Positions 1-13,634 of a DNA stretch of 64,000 nt are shown piece by piece. The position numbers and the translations under genes were made by a program. The first letter of the stretch is position 1. Every line of letters starts with the position of its first letter. Origin of the DNA: Puccinia triticina (lineage: Eukaryota); assembly GCA_026914245.1 (NCBI GenBank), contig CP110439.1, forward strand, positions 7,750,001 through 7,814,000, given 5' to 3'. Below the pieces are notes generated by a model, which was given only the letters and a program-made list of their open reading frames with translations, searched no databases and had not been told where the DNA came from.

Positions 1-127
1 GTCAGATGGTGCTGCCAATGCTGTACTGAGTGCCTTTTTTGGGGGAAAAGGGGTGCAGTAGCCGTTAGGTTGTGGGTATAAATTACAGTTATTAACCTCA
101 ATTAGAGTAATTTATGTGACACCAGTG

Positions 128-349
128 CAACAAGAAAAACTCATGCAACTGCTAACAGTTGAGATGCAGGTTAATGCTGTGGAACTGCTATTCTAGCTCC
201 ACCCAAACACACAATATAATTTTCTACACAGTCACTGTTCATTGAAGAATGGTCAACAGTTGAACTTGACAAAGTCTTGTGTTTTAACACAATCTTACTT
301 GGAGCTCTTGCATCTCAAATGCTTGCAGTTGCACAACGTTTTCTTGTTG
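128..349. repeat. Degenerate inverted repeat (MITE-like remnant)
   Basis: 128-170 (caacaagaaaaactcatgcaactgc...gagatgcagg) is an imperfect reverse complement of 307-349. The core near 175-212 recurs near 63954-63992. Confidence 0.45.
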
Positions 350-382
350 TGGTGGATGTTCATTGACCCACATGGAGCCATT

Positions 383-599
383 CACCAGGAAAAATAAATT
401 GTCACCAGACATCAGGTAACATCAAGAAACAATGAATTTCACTTTGTTCCTGCTCTGGTGCTACCACAACCAGGCTACAATGGCCCCTTTGTTTCCTACA
501 GGGGGATGTCCCTGCGGCCAGCTGTGCAGCTGGTGGGTAGCTCATTGGACTTAGGCTGATGTCACCTGTAGTCTAGTGACAGTTTATGTTTCCTGGTGA
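383..599. repeat. Degenerate inverted repeat (MITE-like remnant)
   Basis: 383-426 (tcaccaggaaaaataaattgtcaccagac...) is an imperfect reverse complement of 556-599. Confidence 0.45.
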
Positions 600-882
600 T
601 TCATGTCCAAGTGTCCTTATTGAAGTGGTTACTACACTTGAAATGAATATAGAGACATGATTTCAACTTCAACTCCCACAGGCCACATAATATTTTATGG
701 ATTTTCACAGAAACTGGTTACCCACCCAAGTACCTCCCCAGATCACCTGTGGTCCATAGTTGGGGAAGAGGGTGAGATTACAGAGACATGTTCACATGAA
801 ATATTCACCAAGTACTGGTGCCAGGTGCCTTTTTTTCAAACAAAAAAAAGCAGTGTGGTACCCGGATACCTCTTGCACCCGG

Positions 883-1820
883 TGTGGTAGACGGAAAAGT
901 GGAAAAATAAAAAGTTTTTTCTATGCCACATAATTATTCATATTAGACCTCAAGATACCATCAAATGGACCCCAGAAATGGATTCTACGGCCAATTTCAC
1001 CCCTAGTCACCACTGGAAGCACCCCTGGAGCCCCTCTAGTGTGGAAGTTACACCCCACCAAACACCTATCACACGGCCAGCCCCAGTAACCCAGCTGTCA
1101 CCTGCCTCAACCCAAGTTTCACAGTAGTACACATATACACATCACAGGATACAAACATAAATCTCCCTGTCAGGCTACACTCATTACATATTAACTACAT
1201 ACACTCCTTTATATACATAGTATGACATCATTTACACTGTTTCTGCAGCCTCAGACTTTGTGTAAACACTAATTCCCCCTGTATGACAGCTCATGCAGTC
1301 TACTGTCACCTCATGCATGCGTTAGAAGGTTCTTTTGTATATTCTGACACCATCCATGCACCCCTGAGGGGTTATGACATCATTTGTATCCACTCCCACC
1401 AGCTAAAATCCCTCACCCTGTTGTCTAGATTAGCTAAAACCCTAACCCACAAGCCCCTTTGGGGCTCCACTTTTGTCTATAAAAGGAGCTCTCTCCACCC
1501 CCAGTGGTCTGCTCCCCAGTTTCTCACCCAGAACTCACAAGTCACCCAACACTCATCCACACTCAAATCCTAAAACCCTTATAACAATAAATCAGCCCTT
1601 TTAACAACAATTCAACCCTTATAACAAAGTAATTAAAACACTTATACGTTGCTGGTCAAACAGATTTCATCTGGAACAGACCAGACCTATCACTTAATAA
1701 AACTTGCCAAGCTGAGCTTGGTGGGTCTTGTTGACTGATAACAGAAGGGCAGAGCTTGCAACTCCATCATACCCTTCACCATTCAGCAAAAGGGTTTAAT
1801 TACCACTTTTGAGTCTTACA
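883..1820 (+). repeat. 5' LTR of element A
   Basis: tgtggtagac...gagtcttaca, a direct repeat of 7432-8369; TATA-like tataaaa near 1478. Confidence 0.95.
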
Positions 1821-1899
1821 AGGGAGTCCCCAACGTGATTGGATAATCTTGTTTGATCAACCACGTGTAACGAACTTCAATCCAACCCAAAGTAATCAT

Positions 1900-2380
1900 C
1901 AAAGGATCTCAACTTTGCCGGTGAAAAGGACCAAGCCCATCAACAACTCTAGTACGGACAGTGGCATATTCATTTATTCCGTTGGACAACTAGTCAACTT
2001 TTGAACCATCCCAGGAACCAATTTCAACTCAAACCAAAAAGACCTGTCCACGGATCTTGACTTTGAGCAGCGAAAGGAATCAAATTGGTCAACAAATCTA
2101 CAACACTCAACGGCATATTCAGTTATTCTGTTGAACAACTAGTCAAGTTTTAGAACCATCCAACCAAACAATTACAAACCTCTGAAAAAGGAACAAACTT
2201 ACTACAATTCTGAGCCGAGATTCTTGAAGAAGCAGGCCAACTTATTTTCGAGAAGACAGGAACAAGACCCTAAGTAGCTGGATAAGTTAGGACACTGTTA
2301 AAAAGAACTTTGGAACTACTCAAGGTGCAGACAGATTTATTTTTGAGAAGACGGGAAATAGACCCTAAGTAGCTGGATAA
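1900..2380 (+). repeat. Two pairs of imperfect tandem duplications in the leader of element A
   Basis: ggatct...caactagtcaa...gaaccatcc occurs twice (~1903-2011, ~2052-2161). ttattt.gagaagac.ggaa..agaccctaagtagctggataa occurs twice (~2242-2285, ~2337-2380). Confidence 0.7.
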
Positions 2381-2561
2381 ATCAGTGGACTGCTCTACAG
2401 TACTTCCCAGATTGATAAGTAATTTTTTTCAGAAAAGAACCCCCCCAATTTGCCCTGGTAAAGAAACCAGAGACCAGAGATTATTGTTTCTTTTTCAGAG
2501 CACAGTAACAGTTAGCAGCGGATAGTTAAATTATGAAGCTAAGAGATCAACAACAATCAAC

Positions 2562-4631
2562 ATGAATATAGCATTTGGCATACCAGATTTTGAAGATACA
2601 ATTAATTCAAGAACCACTTCAAGGACAAGACCTTTTACAGGAACTCCAGCTATGATTAGGAATATGGAAAATACAATGTCAACTTGGCCAAGGAAAGACA
2701 AAGGGAAAGGACAAGAGAATCAATTCAGAGGTCCTACTGAAGAACACTTACGTGACTCAGATGAAACTCAACAAAACCAGAATATTCCACTCAGAGGCAC
2801 TGTGTCACATCAACAACCATCTGCTTATGGAATCAACAAGAATGAAGCCATTCAAGAACCTACATATCAACACCAATTTCAACAAAGACAACATTCAGAA
2901 CATCATCAATATCAAAAAACAACATATTACCAACATCAACCAATACCTTATCAACAACCAAGTCTATCATACCAAGAATCCAATTACCCACCAGGAATGA
3001 TTGATGACAATGAATTATTCTACGATGGAAATCGATTCTTTGAATTCCTACGGAGATACGAAAGGGCAGCAGATTGGTTTGGTTCAACAAAATTCCAAAG
3101 AGCTCTTCAGATTGGACAATTCATACGGACTGAGGAACTGAAGTGCCAAATCGAGGATATGGACGGTTACAAAGAATGTGACTGGGATACCCTGCGTACA
3201 GCAATGATTGACACCTGGGGAGAATTTGATGCTTCAGTTTTGTACACCAAGAAGGATCTATTCAAGGTAGCAGAACAACAGGCCCAACAAGGAATCTTAA
3301 ACTACCAGGCTTACAGAAGATATCTTGGAAAATTCAACACAATACTTGATTACATGATGGAATCCTACCAGGTTTGGAAGAAAGAATAAGCCAGTGTTTT
3401 ATTCTTAAGTTCCTTTTCAAGAGAAAGTCAGGAAAACATCAAACAAACCTTATTCATCAATGGCCAGCTTCAAAAAGGGAAAAGTGGGAAATATGAAGTG
3501 ACCAAATGAAATCACCTGGTTGCCGCTGCGGAAATGGAAGTTATACTGATAGAGGAATACTTCTGGAAACAAATCCAAACTCTGCAGAAAGAACTTGTGG
3601 AACTCCAAAAACAAGCAAAGGCACTAGACTTACCTCCGGATTACAACCGGCAACTCAAATTCACAGAAGAACCAAGTGAACATGAACCGGCCATGGAAAC
3701 CACACAACCTGTTATGGATGTTTTGGAACCAATAACAGATAATTCAGAACCTATTACGGAAACGGAAACTTACTCTCAGGAATTGGTTTTTGAACAAGCG
3801 ACCTCAACAATTCACCTACAGGATATGGTGGTAAACCAGAAAACAGTGTCAAACTTAATGGATACACCAATGGAGCTTAAACACTTTGTTATTGACATAC
3901 CAGAATTTGGCTCCGATGATGTGGATATGGCAATCAGCATGGATCAGGAAGGAATTTTGGACCAATCTATTCAACAAAACCAAACTGTGGATCATCAGAC
4001 GCCTCAAATCAACAACCATGACTCACAAATTGAAGATTCTATCCTTACAGAAACAACAGTTCAGGATCCTCAATTTTCTCACATCCCGGCTATAGTTTTG
4101 ATTGAAGATATCAACAAACCAGGAAGCAAAATTTTCAACAAGCACCTCTTTAAACCTCACTTGGATCAACAAGAAGAAATTTTCAACAAACTGTCCCTTC
4201 AAGCCCCAGGACCCACAGATACAGACCCTGGAGAAAATGAAGGCAAGACTATCAGTATATGCAACCCAAGTATTAGTACTACTACAGATCTTAACCCAAC
4301 AGACTCACAAAATCCAATCAGCCCAAATCCAATCTGTACACCCTCTGAAGACATTTTTATCTTGCTGCCTGCACCGGTACCACCAGATATTAACTCAACA
4401 ACAACAAATTCAAGTAGCAAACTCAATGAAGACCATTCAGAACCTAAACAGGAGCTGGAAAGACCAATCAACAATCTATATCATCTTGAATCACAAAGGA
4501 ATCAATTTATTCACTTATTTTACTCACTCAGGAAGCTCCTGGTTCAACCGTCACTGAAGATTCCGCCCAACTGCTTCAGTCAACTTCAGACACACTTCAA
4601 CCACCCAAGGCTCCTTGTTGGAATTGGTTAA
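2562..4631 (+). pseudogene. Gag-like protein of element A, interrupted by stops
   Basis: ORFs 2562-3389 and 3534-4631 are in the same frame with stops between. FLRRYERAA...IEDMDGYKECDWDTLR aligns by eye with element B gag (FERAA...VEDMKGFEKKDWTKLK). Confidence 0.7.
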
Positions 4632-5297
4632 AGATTTATCATTTTCTCGTTCCTAAATCACCAAAACCAGATATCAGCTCTAAATTCTGAAACTATATCT
4701 TGGGGCTTAAATCTTTCAAGTTGGGGGAGGAACTCACATTCTTTCACAAAGTCACTTTTTCATCACCATCCTCCCTCCATCACCCTTACAATAATACTTT
4801 CCCCAATTCAGAATCCCTCAAATTCTATGAAAATCTCAAACTAAATCTACCTCCTGGGCATGAGACTAAACTGTTCAAACCATCACAAATCAGTCATTCT
4901 TTTGAAGTTGGGGGAGGAACTTACTCCTTCATTTAGCCATTCTTCTCCCGCCTTCCTCCCTTTCCTCTTTTTCTAGTTTACATCTTCCACCACTGATCAG
5001 TTCACTCACCATTCTGACTCAATCCACTCCTTAAAAACTCACAATCTTTTTTATTCCAACATTTCTTTTTTCTTTTCTTGCTTACCTTACTCACACATAC
5101 TTATCATCTCACAGGTTGAGGACAACCTGATAAGTTGGGGGAGGGGGCTTCCACTTTATTTTTTGGGTTTTGGATTTTTTAAAAAAAACAAATTCGGCTG
5201 GATCAATGAAAAATTTCAACAGTCTGGACAAGGCTTTTTAATCTATTACAACTAGGTGTATTCATAACTGAAAATAGACGCCAGATATACTCAAAAA

Positions 5298-6860
5298 TCA
5301 AACAATGAGGAACGCTTGGACAGGGTTTCGAACCCGCGACGGGGTCCGGGGAACTTGGACGGTGACACGGGGCAATAATGTACCGGCAAAAGAAAGTCTT
5401 CTGTTAGTATTGGATATACGATATGATACTAATACCCAAAAAAGAAGCCCTGGTGCCGATAAAGTATTGGGACTCACCATTGCGGCTCCGTTCATGACGA
5501 CCGTGCGGGTATGGTGGAAACCCGAGCTTCAGCAGCCGACCAACCCAATTCCGAGGCCTGCTGAGCCATTCAAACGGTTCCAACCGTTGTTGGGTCTATT
5601 GGTTCCAGGCTGGTGTGGTAGTCTCAGCCCGATATAAAGACAAAGGTCCATCCATGATCAGGATGGGGATTTGTGCGCACCAACCCGGCTAGCAGAAGTA
5701 ACAGTATATGTACGGGTCAGCGACACCGTAGTAGGGGAACGATCTAAATAACAAGAGATGTACACAACACGAGGTCTCAGAAGAGGCTCCTCGGTTCCTC
5801 AAAGGGTAAGGAGTAGGGGAGAAATAGGTATACTGGACGAATGGGAGTGAGATGGTGGTTGAGGACAGAAAAATCCAGCAGAGAGGGGGGAGGTCTTTTA
5901 TACCCTACCGGGTTCAGCGGGGACTCACCGGTCAATATATAGCCCTCTTAAACCACTCCCAGACTTGCCAAAAAGAATTGAACAACCTACTCATTAGGGG
6001 GGTTCACGTTGCAAAAAAAGCAATGCTGATTTCGTCTGCTCATGCAGCTGTGAGTAAGGTTTATGCCTTGCAGATTGCTTCCAAAGGGGAGCTGCCCAGC
6101 CAAACCTTTTTGCTTTCTCACGATTTTCAAAAGCTGCATCTGCTGGTTTTGGTTGCTGATTTTCGAAATCAGCCTTACGTGAACCCCCCTATTGGAAGGC
6201 GGGCATGTCGTTCGACCCGGCCGTAACAATCCAAGATGGAACCAAGCCAAAGGAAATAAAGACAAAGAGATGGTCGTCAGTCTCGCCGCCTTATCACCGG
6301 CTAATGTAAAAATAGAAAGGAGGATCTCTTGATGTACATACTTCAATCCAGAATGTCCATAAATGATGTCAAAGCTGTCAAAATCAGTGGTACGAGTGGC
6401 GCTGTTAATGAATCTGACAGCTGCAGTTGACGCACAATACAAAGGGTAGCATCAAGTCCCCTCGCCATCCCATCAGCAGCAGGTTCTAGAAAATATGATC
6501 AGGTGGAGGGTCTTGAGCAGCGATTGTTCGACCATCAGCGGCAGAGGTGTAGCTTGGAAGCAACCAGAAGAGAAACCAAAACACAAATGTCTGCAGCGTC
6601 TCGGATCACTACATCGAGTCCCCAGGCCATAATCAATCAGATCACACTTCGCACAAACATCAGCACATCTACAGAACTCACCATTGAGCCCTGCTCACCA
6701 GCAGGGTTCGGGCTAAAAATACTGCTGTGGAAGGCGGCCGAGGACTTGAAGACAAACCGTGCGACCAGCGGCTGCGGTGACGTAGTCGAAGGAGCCCGAA
6801 GATTGGCGAAGTCGAAGGGAAGCAATGGCTGGCAGAGGTTGAGTCGAGATGTAGAGGATA
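5298..6860 (-). pseudogene. Putative antisense intron-containing cargo gene inside element A, decayed
   Basis: Minus-strand intron 5477-5401 (GTGAGT...CTAACAG) and further GTGAGT donors near 5928 and 6681. The exon-like frame at ~5685-5478 carries three TGA codons. Confidence 0.4.
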
Positions 6861-7431
6861 TATCAATACCCCCCCCCCTATGGGTAAGGCCGAGATATGT
6901 ACATACACATACCCCGTGGGGGTAGGGACATCTGCACTCAAGACCCGACGTCAGAAGCACAGACGGGCGGGTACGATCAGCACCAAGTACCCGGGCCCCC
7001 AAGCCCGACCAGCCAATCATCAGAGGCGGGGTCGAGTCCCCGATCACTACTCGCACACCGAGGCTCGCGGCTTCAATAGCGCGCACCCTAAGGCGCTAAA
7101 GCAACAGCTGCGGCCGCCACCACAGCACAAGCAGCACCACTGCGCAACTGCGAAGCTGCGGACTGCGGACTGCGCGCAGCACTTCAACTCCCAGAACTGA
7201 CAGAAAGTTATTGTCAAGAAAACCCCCAAAAATGACAAAAATCAATTTTTTGGCCAATTTTCGCCCTGTGCAGCCTCTCAAGCCACGTGGCCCAGAAGAT
7301 GTCAAAATGGCCAATTCTCCAAGGATCCTGCAAATCACCACGTAAATTCACCATGTCACAGGTTCAAAAGTTGACAGAAAGCACTTTTCACGTCAAAATT
7401 GTCTGGGGACAGACAATAAGTTGGGGGAGGA

Positions 7432-8369
7432 TGTGGTAGACGGAAAAGTGGAAAAATAAAAAGTTTTTTCTATGCCACATAATTACTCATATTAGACCTC
7501 AAGATACCATCAAATGGACCCCAGAAATGGATTCTACGGCCAATTTCACCCCTAGTCACCACTGGAAGCACCCCTGGAGCCCCTCTAGTGTGGAAGTTAC
7601 ACCCCACCAAACACCTATCACACGGCCAGCCCCAGTAACCCAGCTGTCACCTGCCTCAACCCAAGTTTCACAGTAGTACACATATACACATCACAGGATA
7701 CAAACATAAATCTCCCTGTCAGGCTACACTCATTACATATTAACTACATACACTCCTTTATATACATAGTATGACATCATTTACACTGTTTCTGCAGCCT
7801 CAGACTTTGTGTAAACACTAATTCCCCCTGTATGACAGCTCATGCAGTCTACTGTCACCTCATGCATGCGTTAGAAGGTTCTTTTGTATATTCTGACACC
7901 ATCCATGCACCCCTGAGGGGTTATGACATCATTTGTATCCACTCCCACCAGCTAAAATCCCTCACCCTGTTGTCTAGATTAGCTGAAACCCTAACCCACA
8001 AGCCCCTTTGGGGCTCCACTTTTGTCTATAAAAGGAGCTCTCTCCACCCCCAGTGGTCTGCTCCCCAGTTTCTCACCCAAAACTCACAAGTCACCCAACA
8101 CTCATCCACACTCAAATCCTAAAACCCTTATAACAATAAATCAGCCCTTTTAACAACAATTCAACCCTTATAACAAAGTAATTAAAACACTTACACGTTG
8201 CCGGTCAAACAGATTTCATCTGGAACAGACCAGACCTATCACTTAATAAAACTTGCCAAGCTGAGCTTGGTGGGTCTTGTTGACTGATAACAGAAGGGCA
8301 GAGCTTGCAACTCCATCATACCCTTCACCATTCAGCAAAAGGGTTTCATTACCACTTTTGAGTCTTACA
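7432..8369 (+). repeat. 3' LTR of element A
   Basis: Direct repeat of 883-1820, preceded by the PPT and followed by TSD CCGG. Confidence 0.95.
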
Positions 8370-8613
8370 CCGGGTCCTGATGAAATTCTCTCTTACTTTC
8401 ACCTCAAACCCTTGTTTCCTGAATGTTCTCCATGTTTGACTGAATCATTCATTAAGCATCACTAGTAAGTCAATAGTACAACTATCTCACACCTTACAGT
8501 CCATGAACCCTGAGTAGTATTGATATGTTAGTCATTTAAATCTTCATGTGTATTCTCAAAGAATGTATTTTATTCATTATCTCTCAAAAACACAAATTTG
8601 CCACATATGCTTA

Positions 8614-8763
8614 GGCCCCGTTTGGAGCCAATATAATCCAGGCAATATATGAGTGTTTTTGCCTGACATCCTCTGTGACATCTGATCAGGTCTGCCAAAA
8701 GTCAATCAGATGTCAAAAAATTCCAGATTATATTGCACAATTATATTGGCTCCAAACGGGGCC
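8614..8763. mobile_element. Tourist/PIF-Harbinger-like MITE (150 bp)
   Basis: TIR GGCCCCGTTTGGAGCCAATATAAT and its reverse complement. Left flank TTA, right flank TTT (imperfect TSD). Confidence 0.75.
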
Positions 8764-8774
8764 TTTGTCCATAT

Positions 8775-11700
8775 CAACACTGCAACCAATGTGATGCAAT
8801 GCATGTATCGGCCTATACAGTGCATCACATCGGCTTGCCGATACATGGCGTCTGCACAATCGTGCATCACATATGCGATAGCGATGCATTGCATCGGTTG
8901 GGCCGATACATTGATCTCAGAAAGTATGCATCACATCGGTTAGCCAATGCAATACCGATGCAGTATCTGGGGAATTGGGGGGGATTTTTTTTTAACTTTG
9001 AGTTGCAGGTAAACGGACAGGGAGACGGGATCAGGTCAAGAAATGGAGAAAAAAAAGTAAATACATCATATAGGGGAAGGGACTACTTGTTTTTGCCCTT
9101 TCCGGCGTTCTCAGTAGTCGCTTTGACTGGTCTGCGTTTTTTGGCCTGCTCTTCTTCCGCAGCAAGGTTGACTACCCTCTGAGCTGAAGCCAAATTGCCG
9201 TCCGCTTCATATCCTTGTTTCAACCACTGGTGTGAACTTACACCTCGCTTGATTGTCCTTGCAGCCAAACTGCCTTGGTCGCGTCCACAAACATCAGTGG
9301 CTGCCAAGAAGCATCATTCCACCGTTTCTGAGGTGGCTGAGCAAGCAAGGTAGTCTTTGGCCATTGAGGCCAAGACTGGGAACTCGAGTTGATGTTCCTG
9401 ATAGGTACAAAGGATGTAGTTTGTTCAGTAAGGGTTCTGGAGCAGGATGTTAAGATTAAAGAGAAAAACCGTACCTTCCACCACTTGAGACATTGCTCTC
9501 CTTGATCAGCTGGGAGTTTGAACTTGCCCGAAAGGTAAGTAGCCAACTCGTTGTCCGGGGGTGTCTCAACAGCCTCTGGGAAAAAATCAATGTTCCGTCC
9601 TGGTCAACAATGTTTGTCAGGCTGGGTACTGGCTTCAACCGGAGGGCTTGAGGCTGTCTTTGAGCCCAATGCAGCTTCAAATGACGCCTTCCGTTTGTTG
9701 TAGTGATGTTGGAGTATTCTTTGTGCGCGGGTTTTGGAAGAGGGAAACCAAACGTGGAAGATTGATAACCAATAGGCGGGGTTCAACATTGTGGCTAGGA
9801 TGACTGCATCACAGTCCAAGGCTTCATTGAGATAGGTGGATGTTTCTAATAGCATGGTGCGGATCATGCGTTGGAGTTTGGGGTTGTCATTGTCAGGCAC
9901 CAATCCAGGAGTGTCAGTCGGATCCGCCACCTCACAGGCCTCAGCTATAGTCCCCAGTTTGGGGATGAATCCAAGAGCGCCTAGTTTGTTCTCAGTCAAG
10001 CCATCGGTTCCCACATCAATGGCTTTGAGGCCGGCAGTGAGGATCAAGGCAATCTTGTGGCAAAAACATCAGATTTGATTGTTGGTGAGGTCCATGTTGG
10101 TATTGGTTTCCTTCAGAACAATGCAATCTACCTCGGCAGTCATGGTTTGGTTATTTGAGCCGGAGTCGGTGGTTTGGGCTATAATGTAATTATAAATAGA
10201 ACAAAACAAAATGAGCATCCTTTAGAAATCAAGAAGAAGAAAATGAAACTTATCTTTTGGTGAAGCAATGACTTGATCACAATATTGGAAAAGGGTAAAG
10301 CAAGGTATTTGCCCTTGTGTGTCCAAGATATATACTTGAGAGACAAGTGGGATACCCGGAAGACCCAATCCTCATTGATATAAGTCACTGCAATCCCAAG
10401 GAACGCTTGCCGGTTGCCTTTGGTTGTCCACACGTCGTGGATCAGGGTCATTTTGGATGGTACAGACTAATCCAAGATGTAAGAGGAGGTCAGAACGCAT
10501 CAAAAGGAAGAATAAGAAGTAAGTCAGCTTACCTGTAGGGTGGCCAACACCTTGGCCTGCAAGTTTAAGTACAGCCAATGCGCCTCATCCGCAGCCCAAG
10601 TACGAGAGTAGGGTATGATGCCGTTGCAAGCATAGTCGGATGCAATCCCCAGAAGTCGATCTTTGATTTGCATCCACGGGAGGGAAGAATGGATGAGCCA
10701 CATGACCACAATCTGGTTCAAGGTACGGTTGTCGAATGAGGTTGTTTTTAAGAATTTCGCCATGACACTGGAATCCGCATCCTTCTCCCTATTGGCGGCC
10801 GCTTGTTCTTTTGGAGTGATTGGCAGGTTCGCACCAGAAAAGATCACGCGTTTTCTTGCAGGGCAGGCCGCTTGATTCAAGTTTCCATCTTGGTGCAGCT
10901 TCAAGTTGTGTTGAGTATTTTTGCCCTTCTTATAGACCTTTGCGCACCATTTGCAGGTGTAGAGGTTCTTGGGCCCATCAGGCTACAAACAGAAAACATA
11001 GACATTAAACTTCTCTAACATAGTATTCTAATGACAATAGAAATTAAAGTGGGATGACTTACTTTTCCATGTTCATGTTTTGGAGACTCAAAGTAATCAT
11101 TCACATCGTCAAAGCCGTCCGTGGCCACGCCTCAAATTTTTTTGCTGAGTTTCTTGACCTTTGAATTATTGTTGTCCGAGTCCTGGGTCATGTCCATAAT
11201 GGAGATGTTGGCATTGGGCTTGGAGGAGTTGACATTGACAATCTGTTTTTTTTTTTTTTTTTGATTTTTGCTTAGTTTTTTTGTAAACAACTTGAGATGA
11301 TGAGTGTGAAGGGGCTGATTTTTTGGGAGGTCTGTGGGACTGAGAGGGGGTTTTGGACTGGGTGGCTGGGGCCTCTTCATCCTTGTCATTCTTGTCATTG
11401 TCAGATTTGGTAGTATCATCTCAAGTTTGTTTTGCTAGCGATTGTCAACTGTCATTATCCGGCCAAATGTAATTTCCATGAGACTTGACTGTTGTGATGA
11501 TTTGGTTGCTTTGACGGGATGGTGGACGGGATGGCCGTGGAGAGGCTGATGTGCGAGATCATGTCATTTCTGTCAGTGGCAGCCTGGGGGGTGGGGGTGC
11601 CAAGGATGGAGGACTGATATCCACACCAATATCCCCAGTAGCGGAGATAGACATGGAAAGGGTTACACCCATTTAAACCCTATTTAGACATGTATGACTG

Positions 11701-11905
11701 ATACCAGCCAATGTATCAGCCCGTGCATCGCATCAGGCAAGCCGATGCACCAGCCCTAAAAGATGTGCATCACATTGGCCATACTTTTCAAAAAGCCTGC
11801 ATTGCATTGGTGGGCCAATGCGATACCAATGCAGTGTATATGCGATGCAAATTGATGTGATACAGCCCGATGCACAATACTTGCATCACATTGGTTGCAG
11901 CGTTG
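8775..11905 (-). mobile_element. hAT-like DNA transposon, internally deleted copy 1
   Basis: TIR CAAC(A/G)CTGCAACCAATG; TSD TCCATAT at 8768-8774 and 11906-11912; subterminal GCATCGG-type repeats. Transposase remnants DVWTT, TDSGSNN, ATMLNP, CLKWWK and a C-terminal dimerisation region. Confidence 0.9.
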
Positions 11906-13634
11906 TCCATATCTACCATAGCATAGTGGTGGAAATCAAAATATTGGTTCTCTCCATCTTTTTCTGTGTCCCAACTGAGCTACATCCAGGTAGAGAATCA
12001 TTCTCACTGCCCTGGTTCTCAAGCCACTGGGCTCATCTCTTTTTTGAAAAACTTCAAAGGACTAAGATTTATTAAATTATTTCTCTAGTTAGATGATGTA
12101 ACTAGCAATTAAAATTATGGATGAATGATAAAATAAAAGAAATTATTCTTTTACCTAAGAGCAGAACCTTGGCCGCTCTCTACTTTTGTAGATTGAGGAG
12201 TTATAAATTGAGAAGGAGAGGAAATTTTATCCGAGCTTGTTCAATGATCTATTTGATCAGCTTTACAAGAGCACAAGATCATCAGTCTCAACATCTGCTG
12301 TCTTGCAATAAGCTTAGCGCCTTACTCCGCTGGGTCTTTTGCCCTGAGTGATCCCTCACTTAGCTTTGGCAAAACGGCATAAGAGTGTTGCAACATTATC
12401 TGTTTTCCAGTAACATTGCCTCAGTTATAGCCTTTGATTATTGCTTTCAAAGCCTTGGACAAAAGACACTCATCAATACTGGTTTCTTCTCTTTGAGAGA
12501 TATTGGTGGGTTTGGTCTGTCTCTCCTCAACTGTTTGGTTTGGAGTTGATGGGAAAGTGCGTTAGCTCCCTTCTTATCAGCTCTCTTGAGTTTTACTACA
12601 TCTTCTTACCTTTGGCGCTTGCTGTAATTCCCTCGATGAGTCTTGATCATGGGCCGGATTTTTCCTGAAGTCTAATCTTGCTGCTCGCGTGCGTTGATAC
12701 TTCTTACATCAAAAGATGAATTAAGTTTCAACCCCGCGGCGCTGATCTGGACTGCAGAAAAGGTTTGCTTTTGCTTACCTGGTTCCACAGCTGTCCTAGC
12801 TCCCAGGTCCTCTCTCAATTTATGAGATTGTTCCCGTTTGCCTAAGCTGGAATTCTCACATTTTTGATATCCTTGCGGGACTTGATTGACTAAGTCATAG
12901 TTTCAACAGGTCTGCTGGCACATTCTCTACCACAAATGGCACCACCTCTCACCAAATGGGTGGGGGGCTTATGGAAATTAGATGGAGATAGGAAATTGAG
13001 TGTATTTTGAGAGCATCTCCAGCGGGGGCTGTAAACTGCAGCTGTAATGGCACTTTACAGCCCCGCGCCCAAAACTCGTACCCCATCCGGGGGTAAATCG
13101 GGCGCTAGATACGGTCGGGAGGTAAAAATCTTCATCGGGAATGTACAGCTAACCCAGGAGAGCTTGCAACTTGGCGCGCAAACTCCGAGACTTCATGCCG
13201 CAGCTCCAGACATCCGTGCGCGCGGACTGTGCCCGGGGGAACCCGGAAGAGCCTGCAGGAGAGCTGCCTGCCGCCGACCCAAACCCTGCCTGCCGCCCCC
13301 ACCAACCCACCACCCACCACCGCCGAATCCATCAACCCCGCCACCGCCACCAACACCACAAGGGCCGTGTTCCTTTGAGACGCCAACAGTGACTCAGATA
13401 AAACCCGCCGCCGCCATCACCCCCAACTGCCAAGCGACGCCAGCCTGCCACCGCAACCAATTTCATCCACCCCCGTCGTCCATTCCATCAACTGCCGCTG
13501 TTGAATCCAGCCACCACCACCACCACCATCAAACCCAGCAGTCGCCATTGACATTGCAGCTTGGATTCTCTCACAGGTATGTTCCTATTTGATTTCCCTT
13601 GAATGTTACAAAGCTGATCCCTCCTCTAGACACC

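Larger units (their letters stand above)
883..8369 (+). mobile_element. LTR retrotransposon A, non-autonomous (gag-like only, no pol), Ty3/Gypsy-related
   Basis: Two 938-bp TG...CA LTRs (883-1820, 7432-8369) with about 6 differences seen by eye. 4-bp TSD CCGG at 879-882 and 8370-8373. PPT aagttgggggagga at 7418-7431. No RT or integrase motifs inside. Confidence 0.95.

Noticed and set aside
1283..1573. 96-aa ORF duplicated at 7832-8122
   Set aside because: It lies wholly within the two LTRs of element A, which explains the duplication, and has no recognisable protein features.
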